64,000 bases of DNA from Phoronis australis (Eukaryota > Animalia > Phoronida). The translations under genes and the position numbers were made by a program. The notes under the pieces are model-generated. The model was not told the origin of the DNA. It did no database searches and saw only the letters and a program-made list of their open reading frames with translations. The first letter of the stretch is position 1. Each line of letters starts with the position of its first letter. Shown here piece after piece: positions 26,201 to 38,060 of the stretch. The stretch lies in NCBI GenBank assembly GCA_002633005.1, contig NMRA01000451.1, positions 306,808 through 370,807 of the forward strand, given 5' to 3'.

Positions 26201-26797
26201 TTTGTTACGGGTAGTATTTGAGGGCATTTTGAACACTCAGGAGATGTGAAATGTGTGAATTTCGAAGGGGACTGAGAAGACTAGACGTTGCCACTGGTGA
26301 CCGTCCTCTGGCTCTGGCCCCTCGAGGTACCCTCAGACATGAGCAATCACCGTCAGCATCAATGTGGGATTTCATCTCAAGAGGGTAATGAACGCCACAT
26401 TAGATAACAGTGCCTTTACCAAGCACAGGTGTTCACTATGTCGGCATTAATGAGACGGGTTGATGCAAAATTGACCTGCATCGATGTTCAAATTTTCTGA
26501 GGGTTTACTCAAGGTGTATTCTTAGTCTAATAACTCAATGCGCACACCCAGCCTAAAAAATGAGGGGCTCGAATTTTTGAGAATGTGGACCTTTTACCAA
26601 GATTCACTGAGTACGTTCAAAGCTACGAATTGTGCATTCACCGAATTTTGGTAGTTCCTACCTTTTTTAGTGGACTTTTGTCTCGTTTCCTACTTTTTGG
26701 AGATTTTGTTTCTCTGAGGAGGGCCCTTTTGCCCACTTCGTCAAATGGGGGATCTCGTTCGATCTCCCCCTGTCCCCCCTCTCNTTACTCCGACAGA

Positions 26798-26830
<33 letters not shown>

Positions 26831-29800
26831 CTGGTTACTACACAAAACTACAGAAGGGTTATGAGTATTATCTCTATTTTAAAAATAAAACATTTGTTGT
26901 AAATGATGTATTCGTTTTTTGACAATCTTATACGGCAGGGTTAGGATTATGGAATTAACCTCAACAAAAGAATGGGTGAAAACACACCAAAGGGTTACTT
27001 TCTCACGGAAGATCCCTACGTGTTAATCCCCTTTTCCCCTCTCTATTGGTGGGTATCCTAATTTTCCAGCTGAACCTCCCCCCGTCCAAATATAGCAGCA
27101 TACCCCCCGATGTACCCTCACGTGCGATAAGGATTCCTGATTGTCAACATGATTAAACTTTTGGTGCCATAAGATTTCTTCCACTCAAGTCCTCACTCAC
27201 CCTCTCACCCACCTCCACCCTTTTCGTCCCGCCGTTTAGATTTAATCCGTCAATATATTACAAGCCGGTGTTACAAAAATTTATTGTTGAGTCAGCGTGA
27301 CCAAATAAATTCGGAAGTTGGCCTATGAGTCGCATGACGCCTGTTAAAGCGCTTCCGGCAGGTTTATACCTAGCTATGAGAAAAAACGGTCAGGAATTTG
27401 AATAATCTATACCCTGTCAGTTAGTTTGTTTAGTGATTCTAAATTGAGCCATCAATGACCTATGTTAACAAAACAACGCAAGTTTGTGTTTATATAAGTC
27501 TTACTTTGATAAATTGGCGTGAAAGTGCGAGCCTCGTGTGCAGCTGGTTTGTCCAACCTTGGTCGCGTTGCAAAATAACACGAACACTAGAATTTGACTC
27601 AGTCGTCCATCGGGTTCAGTAAAGTTGGGTTGCACTTTACCTCCAACAACAGTAATTATCTGTGAAGGTATTTTTATGGATAAATCTGGTGAATTACTCT
27701 TCTGATGATTGATTTTGTTTAGACAACACACGAAAATAAAATTTGTTTATCACTATTTCAACAGTTAAAATATCTCAAACTACAGCAATAGAAGCAGTGA
27801 CGGATTTAAGGGTGAACCAAGGGGGCATGGCCCTCCTAAAATTCTCCCAGATTCCATTTGGCAGTACAGGGGTGCGAATGTCTGACGGGCAAAATCCTGG
27901 CTAATTCTCTGCTCTGTCCCATCCCCCCAACTCAAAATCCTGGATCCGCCCCTGAGAAGTCATATAAACAACCACCTCCTTGAACAGTAGCCTAAGTAGC
28001 GGCATCATCAATTCAAATTAAAACCAATGTTTTACAAAAGAAATAAATACGAAAAGTTAAAAGCGTCCTGTTAGTTGCAACACTTTTCGACAAACTAGCA
28101 GACAGAATATGCGAATCTGGCGATATCGGATGACAATACAGGAGTTTACGGATTCGAATTGAGCATGCGCAACGCGTACGCACTCTCGTGGTGGAGCACT
28201 GGTTAGAGTAAACAAGATGATTATTGCGCTCTGAACAATAAAATGTTGATTTGTCTTGAAATAGCAAGTAGATGACGAAAAAAGCGCTTGATAAGTTGAT
28301 GTCATAGTTGCGTGAATGCTGCTGCTGGACAATGCTGACCCTGGAGTGGACTTACTGAGTACGTGGCCGATCTTGCTAATACCGGATTTTTACCATTGGC
28401 GCTCGAAAATTGAGCACACGAAGTTCTTGGGATATGTCGGAAATGGCATAATTGCAACCATTTGACAATCCAATCGACATCTTTCGAAAATTTTTGATTT
28501 GAACAGGCCTTAGTCCCCTGCACGTGAATTAGTTTGTTTATCCTACTCAATTTACATTCCCAGGATGGTAGTCGAAACATGCATACAGTGTGAGCCATAG
28601 ATGGTGCGTGCTGTTTGATATAAATCCACAATGTCACAAAATTTTCTCGTTGAAGGAAATCTCCACTGCGTGTAAACGATAGGGTACGGTGCAAAGGCAA
28701 GCCTACCCGTACGAGAATAGTTTTACCAAAATCAAACGTAAAATTTGTGTCTTTTGAAAACATCTTGACTTACTCCAGAATTGCCGATGCAGACTGACAC
28801 TTGCAGAGTTTGTTTACAAAAACAAGGTTTCCTGGTCTTTCATCTAAACAAATCTGAAGTTCATTAGTAATTGCAAGTCGGTGTTTTCTGCCAAAATCAC
28901 CTTTGCTGCCAACGATTCCGGTTTCGTTTACGTAACTTGAAACGGTCACGTGAAGTCAAAAAAGTATAACTACATCCTACACTGTGCCAGAATCACGTCT
29001 GCTCGTTTAGACCGAGTGTTGTGTACTTGTGAGTGCATTAATCAAACCAGAAACTATGCCGAACATTTGCGTTTCCCCCCTCTTATATTTTATGTTTAAT
29101 AGCGTTTTTATTTCAACCCTCGTTATTATATTTAATACCGTTTTTTATTATTTCAGTCCTCGTTGTTATTCATCGGACTACACTCTTTAAAGGTCAAAAA
29201 TGACAGTTTCCAGGGGCGGATCCAGGATTTTGAGTTGGGGGGCCACAGCAGAGTATTAGCCAGGATTTTGCCAGTCAGACGTTCGCAGCCCCCAACTTCC
29301 ACGTGGAATCTGGGAGAATTTTAGGGGTGGCATGGCCATGGCCCCCTTGGCCCCCTCTAAATCTGCCACTGGTTTCCTCGTATCATAGTGTCTCGTTGTT
29401 TATGATATGACTTGACAGTGCGTAATTTAAAAGTTCGACAAGTCAGCTGACTGCGGTGGTAAACTTTGACATAAACCATTCTTTTGAAAGCCGGTTGGTA
29501 TTGTGTTTGGTAGATACGGTGTCGCGTGGTCGATAAAACAACGTAAAGACACATTTTACCCTTCTGGTTCCCAAAGGTATGTCACGGTGTACGGAGGACT
29601 ATAAACGGAAAACGCATCACAAAACAGGTTGTGGAGGGCGTTTGACTGCTTGAAATGTATGTTTCTGAAAACGACTCAATGGAATTAAGCATCATGTCAT
29701 TTAAACAGTCATTTAAACAGTCATTTAAAACAACCGAATGCCTGAGTACTCACTGTAAAATTGAAGTAAATTCTTGATTTTGACTGACATTCGCTGACAT

Positions 29801-32800
29801 AGTCCATGTTTGAGAAACCCAGCAAAAGCTAGGGAATGACTCCAAAAGTAGACCCATAGGCCTGTTTCCGTGAGCTATTTGCGGTGGTAAATTTGAAGAA
29901 CATCCCTTAACGAATCTTAGAATGGATTTACAGACGTACATGTTCACTGAACAATGTCATCTGGTAAAAATATTCATGGTAGGATGTTAAATATTCGTTT
30001 GAGGTTCCTTTTACAGAAGTGTAATACCAGTCGGCGACACACTACACACTACACTTCAACACGACACCACGCAATACATATAATTCAAGACTTAGTAAGA
30101 CCGTCATGTATCACCCTGCGATTACCTCTAAACACGCTTTCAGTGTCATCAGTAGAACCAGACGGACTGAGATTACGGTGACACTCCCCTCAGACGTGTA
30201 CTTACCCGGACAAGGGCCTTTGCTGGCTTCCGATACTCTTTTTCTGTCACATTTTTTGGCTTTGCGTAATTCACATTTGGACGGATAGGTGACACCGTCT
30301 GAACCACACACTTGTCTTTTCTTTGCCCTCGAACAGTTTATAGGGCATGGGGCGCGCTTATCCCTCTGGAGAACGGTAAATATAAATTAACAAGCTGCTC
30401 ATTACAACTATCCGCATCAGCCTCAGCAAATAAAAAGAATACCAGAAAGCCATCAGTTTTGACAAGGCTGGTCAAATTCGCCCGCCTTAAGTCTATTGTC
30501 ATATAGAAAACAATTGCTGTCACGGCACTGATACAGGTCGTTGTGAAAACTGCTTTCGTGAATTCCTGAAATTTGATTTGGTGAATTCCAGGTCTCAAGT
30601 GAACATTAAATCCATCTTCAACACTTAGCCATCTTTCTGAAACAGTGGACTATTGTTTTTTAACTAGATTAACCCTTTGAGATGAGGACTTTAAAGGACA
30701 AGGCAGGTTTCACAGTCGAATATCGTTGGATGGAATAGACTTTTTATCGTTTAGCTTTGACCAGAGCTGTAAATCAACAAAACCTTTTGTCATTTTTTGT
30801 GATAATTCTCGCCTTAGTTTCCCAGACAGTCAATGAAATGAAAGCCTGTGATTTTACCACTTCAATACACTAAAGTGCTCTACCAGTTATCCAGTAGGGT
30901 TTATTTCCGCCTACAGAGCGTTAGACTGTGATTGCGTAGACCACAGTTCAATACACTAAAGTGCTCTACCATTTATCCAGTAGGATTTATCTCCGCCAAC
31001 AAATTTTTAGACTGTGATCTCGTAGACTGCAGTTCAATACGTTTAAGTGCTCTACCATTTATGCAGTAGGATTTATCTCCACCACCAGGGCGTTAGACTG
31101 TGATCGCGTAGACTACAGTTCAATACACTAAAGTGCTCTACCATTTATCCAGTAGGATTTATCTCCGCCAACAGGGCGTTAGATTGTGATTGCATAGAGT
31201 ACAGTTCAATGATGTCCCTCAGCCATTGATGCCCCATTTCTAACACTCGGGTGTTCACAAAAATGTAAGACTATTTGCTTAAATAATTTTGAAGGAAGGC
31301 TTTATGGATTATTTAAACTAATATAGTTAATTAGAACTAAATCAATAAAAATTAATCAAAATTACTCGCGGCATCAGTACAGACTTCATGAAAAGCTGTC
31401 TTCAGGGATTATAATTATTCGAAATGCCACGGTAGTTCCGCTGAGATCAATTAAATCAGTTGACGTCATCATTATCCCATGTGTTAAAATTACTTAATTT
31501 GGATTAACCCTGTTTCATAGTAAAACTAACACAATTCCTCAAGAACCATAGCAGACGATAATGTTATTTTAAAGGCGTTCCGTTTCTGTGGAATTACCTC
31601 GTTTAACCAATATACTTAGCTGTGCTGCTAGGAAGTTGGGTGAAGTCAAGTAGCTTATTTTATCAAAATAACACATTCATCTGCCTGCACATCAGTCTAC
31701 ACAGACGACTTCTTTTATCAGCGACTGTTAAAAAAATCTGACATGACCTTGTGGTTGAAACAAAAACAGTGTTATCACTTTTTCCTGGTTAACTATTTCA
31801 AAACTTGTTGGTATCGACCTTCGTCGACCGGGATGACATGCCTCCACGGTACGGTGGATTCCCGGGTGCTTTAAAAATGGTTCTATCCAGGAATACATCG
31901 CTAATTATTAAGCTTTCAAATCTCATCCCGGAAAGAACATTGTCAAGCAACCGTCCCCCTTCCCCTAGAGCCCACACTTCACAAGGCGACAAGAGCCTCC
32001 CCCTCCCCAAAGGCGACAAGAGCCCCCCCAGACATTGTTAAATGACCCGTCCATGTCAGAAGAGTTATACAATGAAGAAACTATGACCGTGTTCTACAAT
32101 TTAACCTTATACGGTTTCATCTCTTACGCCCACATGTATTTGCACCAGGCTGGTCCTAGAAATAAACACTTGAACACTTGAAGTGTAGTGTTTGTACATG
32201 GAGGCTTTTAATTAACTCTAAACAACAGACAGCAGAACCCTGATACAAAAACATATCGCCAGACAAGTATCGATGTGTGTGAATCGGGAGACAAAATATA
32301 CAAATCATTCGGCGTTGGATATAATCATCCATGAGATTGTCTTGATGACCGAAGTTGATAGTTCTCAGACTGAAGTCATTTTACACTAATCAGTATTTGA
32401 TGATATGTACCCAGACAATACTACACGCAAATTTGCCTGATAGCAAATGGCCATGTTATATAGTTAATTGTACTTGTTCTCCAGAAAATTGATCTCATAG
32501 CTTAGGAATTGAGTTCATAACGACCAGTCGTCGACTGCTCTATACGGCGTAGTTTCCCTTCTAGACTTAAGGGGACACGACCAAAAAAACGTAGTTGTGG
32601 GATAACTGTTGGGTCGAAGAGACTTATTAAAGTTGTTAGCTTTGGCCAGAAACATGAACAAGAAAATGTTTTTTCTTTTGGTCGAGAATTATCATCACTG
32701 TCTCTCAGACGTTCAATGAATCGAGGCCGTAATTTTACTAGTTAAATACGGAGATTGTCAGTCTTCTCGCCGACAATATCTCTTGAAGGCGTTTCGTCAT

Positions 32801-35800
32801 CTCGAGTGGTATTGTTCACGACCGATCTGAACGTCACAAAGAAATGTCAGCGAAAGAAACCGCAACTATTTTACGTCCATGTAAATATAAAGTTCTACAG
32901 ACAGATTTTAGGTTAGACTTTTTGTACACCCGGGGCGAGTTTTAGTTGCAGAGTCTGTCGCCAGAAATTTTTCTCTTTTGGTTTGCCTTTTAGTCTGCTC
33001 CTGAACAGGATTCGTGTTGTAAGTAGATTTTTCTGACATTTACCTTTAACTTGATTTCTAGAAATAGGCTAAGCCATCTGTGGACTGATATTTAGTCAAA
33101 AGGCAATAGACTCTTCGGGAAACATACCCCATGAGAAAAACCACGTTTTGTTGAAAACGTACCGGTTAAAGATTGCCAGTGGCCCCTGGTAATCAACAAA
33201 ACAAATATCTGCATTAATTACCTGAAAGGTGTGCTTGTAATCACAATACGTTGACACAAGATTATGTAATGAAACAGCGTCATCATAAACCAAAAATGTG
33301 CTAAAGCATCACAACAGTGAACGCCAGGGGGCGCGAAGCAAGTGTATATAGAGGGCTCGTGTGATTATGTAACATGGTCGTTGACACTTATGAGGCGGAC
33401 ATGAAGAGGGGAAATGACTTAAATTACTGCCCTCATTATGATGTCACAAAGTTTGTATAACAAAAGTTAAGACTCCTATTGACTTGTTGCTCATGATCGG
33501 GTGTCAAACTGTTCTTAGCAACTTGTCTGGAAACAGCTCCTGTGTGAAATGGAGCGGAGTATTTGTCGTATGGGTTAGGTATGAAACAATGTCCGAGTGT
33601 AAATGTTAACAAAAAGTAATGGAGCGAAATCAGTTACTGAATCTCAATTTGGACTAAAAATGACTTTATCGGGCACCACCTTTGAAAATTTTGTTTATCA
33701 TCCTCAGCAGGATGGGACTAATACCCCAATGGCATTTCTCAAATGAAATTGGCTCTGTTACTGGGGCTGTGCCAGGACGTCCATTCAGTACCTCATTGGT
33801 CCGTGAGCTATTGATTGTTATGTTCGGTCTTTAAATTTCTCATTTCAGTTACATAAAAATCACTGTAACCACTTTTAAATGACAAGTCATTGTTGACACT
33901 GGCGGAAAAATAAAGCTTGCAAGTGGACAGTGAATACAACCGAGAACTATTTACATTACGCTCATTTTTATCTTTGAACTGCTGGATTTTTAAGATAACT
34001 AAAGTTAAATCTGCTTTTATGCCAACATGAAGTGCATTTCCATCAAAGTTATCTATATCCGTCTCCGAAGGTTGCTTTACTTGTATGACAACCTAAAACC
34101 CAGTCTGAATCGATACAGGCCATGGTTTGCACATTTGTCGTACATTTGCCTATTTTTCGTCATAAACTTTTCAAAGTGACCGATGTACCTGTGACCAGGT
34201 GATAACGACTATTGCGTGACGATGCCCGGGGACGATGCCATTTATGGTTGTCACCTTTCGCCCGATTTCTCAGACCTTGATTATTCTAGGCCGATGTAAT
34301 CTGCAGGTGTTCAGCAGAAAAAGTTAGCGACCCTAGTTTCAGATTACACTAAAATTAGGCTGGTGAATGCGCAATCACGAGCTACGGGTGCGTATGACAC
34401 AATTCACTCCGACTTAGAGCACCGTGCCAAGTCTAATAAACAAACACTTGTAATCAAAACTTTGAACGCCAGTTGTATCAACAAGACTCTCAAATTTTAA
34501 TATATTTGGCCGGTGAAAGACACAGGTGTGTTTTTGCAGTCTTGATAAATTTATTGATTAATATATTTGATAATATAACTGCGTGGAATTCGGGTTTTGT
34601 TGGTGATAAGGCTTTTAAACGTCGGTTATCAAACTAACCCACGGAGAGGCTGAGTCATAGTTTTCCGACGACACTCAATATTGTGTGTATTGAACGTGCT
34701 CTTTACTGAACAATGAGTACACACGCCGCCTTCAGGGCGGTTTGTACATAGTAGATTCGAACTATTCGGTATTCTCACTGACACTAAAACGGTGCGTACA
34801 ATAGACAACATGTGACAAGCTGAAATGGAATTTCCTTTTTCATCCAAAAGTCAATTATACGTTGATAAAGGGGCCCCAGACCCCTCCGGTCACGACGATA
34901 AAATACCCCAAACTTGTCGTTTAAAGGTTTACGCGTACATTTTGTTCTAGCAAATTGTGGTTGCTTCCCGCCAATGCTTGTGTACTGTATCTATTATAGC
35001 AAATCTTCAGGTAATATTTAAGCATATGCATAAAAATAGTAGGGTGGACGTTTCTGCACCGTGCCATTTATACGGAAATAGACTTAATGTGTCTGAAATC
35101 ACTTTGATGGTCGATTAGATATTGAAAACCAACCCATATGAAATAACATTCCATCATATGGCGCGTGCGTATAATTAAGTTAATATATTTCATATGACCA
35201 GCCCAGCGTCGGCGGCTGATTGCGCACAGCTGTTAGCCAGGATCACTTTCTAATTAAGGATCTGTTCGTGGAGATGGTTCGTCAACCGTGGTCCAGTAAT
35301 GCCACTAATTAACATACTTACCGGTAAATAATATATCTCCGTTAAAGCTGATATCGGCTAAATTTATTTATTACTGTCTTAGCTCTTTGAATAATGCTCT
35401 TTATTCATACGTCGAGACCAGGTAAAACTGATGAAGAGTCGCACTCATTAAGGCTCAAAAGCTGACTTTTTTCTATTTTTTAATATTTACAGAATCTTAC
35501 AGTGTTTTTAACTGTTTCCCCTCACCACCAAAGTTTCTACCAACACTGCGCATCAACTTGACAGTGTCACACACACTCCAGCAAATGTTGTACACACATT
35601 GTTAAGGTCAGTATAAGCTCGCAACACCGAGTCAAGTGGTCAACTCCTAGTTTCAGTCACAAGAATCAAGAGGTAGGCGAAACGTTTCGCGTTGCTGGTC
35701 TACCTGCTACCTGTCAGAAAGGCTCTGAAACCGTTTTAGAATTTTCGGAACACGCATACTCAAGTTCTCAATGTTTCACCGTTTCCTTGCAACTCCGTCT

Positions 35801-36993
35801 TTCTGTTTGTGATCAGCTCGGTATCCAAGAATAACTCAGCGTGATAAATACCTTTTAATTTAAGAACTAGAGTTTTAACCGTTTGTGTTCTGCACCTCTT
35901 GATGCGGGTCACAAATAGCAAGTGTTGACGGCATGCACTGATGGTAAATTGGTAAAATAATTACAACAACATTGACAAGAACAATAGTAACAATGGTAGG
36001 AAAGAAAACTAATCTGGTAGAACTGAGCTACGAAACCAAAAAACTAACACGACTTCAGTAGTGTCTATGATTTAACAGGCCGCGAGTCACAATCTCGAAA
36101 TTCACAACGTCCAGCGACGCGCGAAAGCCACATTTTCCAACTACGCTCGACTGTCCGAGAGTTGGTATTTTGTTTGACAATCATATGCCCGATAGGCGCT
36201 TCTAACACTATTCAGTTTTCCTCTGATCGGCTCAGTTCATTTGAATCCACCGGATTTGTGATTGGAATCTCAATTTTGTGCACACGCATGAGCTGCAGGG
36301 AAGTTTACTTCTGTGCGATCATATCATGTCTAAAGTTACGCATTCTTTTTTCAATGACTGAAATACTAGACTGAGTCTTTTTAAACGCGAGCGGGTCAAA
36401 TTTGAGCTGAGAAATGTAGGCTACTTGTATCGAAAATTGCTTCACTCCCATTAGCTCAAACCGGGGAAAATAAATGCCCTGTTACTCCAAGCGACGGGTG
36501 ATGTGACGAGCGCGCTGAGGTTGCTCTTACTTATTAAGGTTAGTATTTCAGTTTTGTCCTTCACTCCTGCACGCCACGAAGAGAAAACCAAAGATAACTC
36601 AACTTAGCATTCATTATCGCATAAGTCAAGAACAGTGAGGCCAACTATTGCTAGTAATTTAGTTAGTAATATTGCACAGCTGGGATTTCGTCGTAAATCT
36701 GCAACGCCATTTGTCAAACCAACGACAAAAGTTGATCCCTAAAATCATATTTTCGAAAAGTCTGTTCACGCTTTCACAAGTTGACATATATCCTTGTTGT
36801 TCGGGAAATACTTTTCCCCGCGTAAAATAGAAACCCTACTTCATCAGTGAGAAATTAAGTGCACGCATCAGCCTAGATGTACAGTCATTAAGAATTGATT
36901 AGGAGTTGGAAACAAACCTACCTGTTGAGCACTGGCGTAGATAAAAACAGCAAGAAAGAAAAAGCACGTCCACGATATCCGTGTGAGATCCAT
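11083..36993 (-). CDS. SMOC: SPARC-related modular calcium-binding protein (SMOC / Pentagone-magu-like), about 589 aa; exons 36993-36922, 30365-30206, 23845-23639, 22074-22039, 21210-21094, 17907-17641, 15996-15940, 15562-15539, 15129-15073, 13064-12948, 12782-12519, 12046-11859, 11286-11083
   Basis: Signal peptide, Kazal (VCGSDGVTYPSKCEL), two thyroglobulin-1 domains and two EC domains with four EF-hand loops. Junctions are GT-AG and phase-consistent; total 1770 nt. Confidence 0.92.
11859..12046 (-). CDS. SMOC: SMOC EC domain 2, first exon
   Basis: GCPTSAKAPFLQELLDTLTAEM...LEERVVRWKLVMLDKNNNK. Confidence 0.92.
12519..12782 (-). CDS. SMOC: SMOC thyroglobulin type-1 domain 2 exon (6-Cys)
   Basis: DCNEERR..GIYIPRCQDNGKYRKEQCHDSTSFCWCANENTGRPIPGT..PVC; absent from the ORF track. 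Confidence 0.92.
12948..13064 (-). CDS. SMOC: SMOC linker exon (DDSFHTSSSGPTLGNRQRIGLKPGRRKDPADERGSDNED)
   Basis: catttcag| ... GACA|gtgagt; phase 1-1. Confidence 0.75.
13635..14073. mobile_element. Penelope-like inverted-pLTR remnant with two decayed hammerhead motifs
   Basis: About 135-155-bp imperfect inverted arms; right arm has TTAAAGA-t-gagac(cagaaca)gtctc-GAAAT. Confidence 0.55.
15073..15129 (-). CDS. SMOC: SMOC linker mini-exon, 57 nt (VLEDLETGTASGQDRRDPN)
   Basis: ttgttcttag| ... AATG|gtaaga; phase 1-1. Confidence 0.6.
15539..15562 (-). CDS. SMOC: SMOC candidate 24-nt micro-exon (DPRLTTTP)
   Basis: Consensus donor CCAG|gtaagt, weaker acceptor aagcag|; phase 1-1. Confidence 0.45.
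15940..15996 (-). CDS. SMOC: SMOC linker mini-exon, 57 nt (DEQPRFKANERPLGTQIRR)
   Basis: caattcag| ... GAG|gtgagt; phase 1-1, open frame. Confidence 0.6.
17641..17907 (-). CDS. SMOC: SMOC EC domain 1, EF-hand exon
   Basis: VIEWKFTELDNDKDGTLKSRE ... CAKTFVNYCDLNGDGGIKRKEWSLCLG. Confidence 0.92.
18182..20572. mobile_element. Non-autonomous or decayed hAT-like DNA transposon, 2.4 kb, in a SMOC intron
   Basis: TIR CAGTGGTGGATCTACG / CGTAGATCCGCCACTG; G/C-run sub-termini; weak minus-strand remnant YPDIF..KTYMRN (about 19240-19400) resembling a hAT dimerisation domain; no clean TSD. Confidence 0.6.
21094..21210 (-). CDS. SMOC: SMOC EC domain 1, N-terminal helix exon
   Basis: GCSSKQRTDFNKNLIDLFSEEFSRIPRP..; ttttcag| and |gtaggt; absent from the ORF track. 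Confidence 0.85.
21623..21839. mobile_element. Penelope-like inverted-pLTR remnant
   Basis: 26-bp inverted arms (21623-21648/21814-21839, 1 mismatch) around a hammerhead motif. Confidence 0.6.
21748..21789 (+). ncRNA. Minimal hammerhead ribozyme (intact core), antisense to SMOC
   Basis: gtca-CTGATGA-t-gct(...)agc-GAAAC-GTC-tggt. Confidence 0.65.
22039..22074 (-). CDS. SMOC: SMOC 36-nt mini-exon (VGGNPRSCPGCK)
   Basis: tttatttcag| ... AAAG|gtaaga; phase 1-1. Confidence 0.65.
23085..23140 (+). mobile_element. tRNA-derived SINE head remnant
   Basis: TAGCTTTACTAGCAGAGCGTCGGACTGCGA...GGTTCCAATCC; related minus-strand copy at 40331-40369. Confidence 0.45.
23639..23845 (-). CDS. SMOC: SMOC thyroglobulin type-1 domain 1 exon (4-Cys variant)
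   Basis: TKCLLERE..GAFVPSCNPDGTYSKTQHHPPTGFYWCVDPSGAPISGTS..DC; phase 1-1. Confidence 0.92.
26798..26830. repeat. (GATT)n microsatellite
   Basis: About 8 perfect units. Confidence 0.9.
27795..27954. mobile_element. hAT-like MITE family A, copy 2
   Basis: CAGTGACGGAT...ATCCGCCCCTG; 5-bp TSD AGAAG. Confidence 0.8.
29211..29371. mobile_element. hAT-like MITE family A, copy 3 (opposite orientation)
   Basis: CAGGGGCGGAT...ATCTGCCACTG; 5-bp TSD GTTTC. Confidence 0.8.
30206..30365 (-). CDS. SMOC: SMOC Kazal/follistatin domain exon
   Basis: RDKRAPCPINCSRAKKRQVCGSDGVTYPSKCELRKAKKCDRKRVSEASKGPCP; ctccag| and |gtaagt. Confidence 0.92.
30861..31210. repeat. 86-bp minisatellite, 4 copies
   Basis: TTCAAT unit starts at 30861, 30947, 31033, 31119 and 31205. 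Confidence 0.9.
35428..35463 (+). other. Mutated hammerhead motif
   Basis: CTGATGA-a-gagtc(...)ggctc-AAAAGCT, with GAAA changed to AAAA. Confidence 0.4.
36922..36993 (-). CDS. SMOC: SMOC exon 1, signal peptide MDLTRISWTCFFFLAVFIYASAQQ
   Basis: acaATGG start, hydrophobic core with ASA cleavage site, CAG|gtaggt donor, phase 0 matches the Kazal exon. Confidence 0.8.
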
Positions 36994-37959
36994 TGTGGTT
37001 CGTTCGACGATGGTCTCCAAATAGTCTTGTGAGATTTTAAGTAGAACAGTGGGGAATTCTGAACAAACGTTATTATATGTGGATATTTCAACGTTGGCCA
37101 GGACAGGTTTTTGCAAAAACTATGCACAGATAAAAAATATCTAACGATTCCGTCACATCCTGTTCACAGCCAAATCGCGTTTTTGTAGCTGATAAGTTCT
37201 GAATCATGCGCCAAACTCAAGTGGCAATGTCTCCGAGGCTTGTTTAGAACTTGACTGGCCCGTCGAGCGATCTGTCCCGTCTACGATATCAAATCACGTG
37301 ACTTACTTAATACAGTTATTAATTGGCCAGATGCAGTGATGGGATACTGTGCCGTTCAGTTGCGAATCCCGCGCTTTCATACAGTCACACTGTTTGAATG
37401 ACGACATTTCACGCTGAAGCGCCGATAAATTGATTTACTGTGTGAATCAGCGAATTTTCTAAAAGTTCACCTCAAGTAGACCTATACGTTGCCATATACA
37501 GCTTGTAGTATGAAGTAAAAGTCGACGTGAAGACTTTTTATGTCACTAAACAAATAAACCACAATTAGACGTTAAAGTACAAATTGGTTCTGAGTGCAAT
37601 TTCACGCAATAGTTATTAGATCGGATTGGGGATAGCCTCAAGCATAATTCACTTAAGTGACCAACCACGGATTGGATTAGGTTTCACTTTTACTTGCCCT
37701 CGTGGATCTAGGAAGTCCTGAGCACGGGGAACAAACCACAGTTTTCAAAGGAACATTTCATTGTAGTCCCTAAAAATGACATGCGACGCTTTCTCTTATT
37801 TTTAGACGAATCCGTAGAGGGCTCTAGTCTGCTGGGTTCCAAAAGTATAAACTGGCCTTGAACATTGTGATATTCAAATTTTATTAGGCAGCTTTGTCAA
37901 TCTTGACGACAAAAGAATTTTCCAAAGCTCAGGCTTAATATTGGCAATAAGCATTAAAC

Positions 37960-38060
37960 TTGGATGCCGTACCGTACTCATCTAGAGTATTGCAACACGC
38001 GCTGGGCTTCCACTGCCTTTATCACTAGGTTGGAGTCTATCTCTCAAGCGGTTTTCATAT
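37960..38060 (+). mobile_element. Decayed CR1/L2-type LINE fragment
   Basis: Translates to RTHLEYCNTRWAS..ITRLESI, resembling the CR1/L2 post-RT motif RPxLEYCxxVW..LESxQ. Confidence 0.5.

Noticed and set aside
30861-31210. Possible CRISPR-like array
   Set aside because: Whole units repeat with no unique spacers; eukaryotic context
35670-35720. Extra hammerhead-like remnant (GCGAAACGTT on minus); a similar one lies at 32785-32820
   Set aside because: CUGAnGA core and stem II are too degenerate to support a call
36994-37116. In-frame N-terminal extension of SMOC in the ORF track
   Set aside because: Non-ATG start; the ATG at 36993 gives a clean signal peptide
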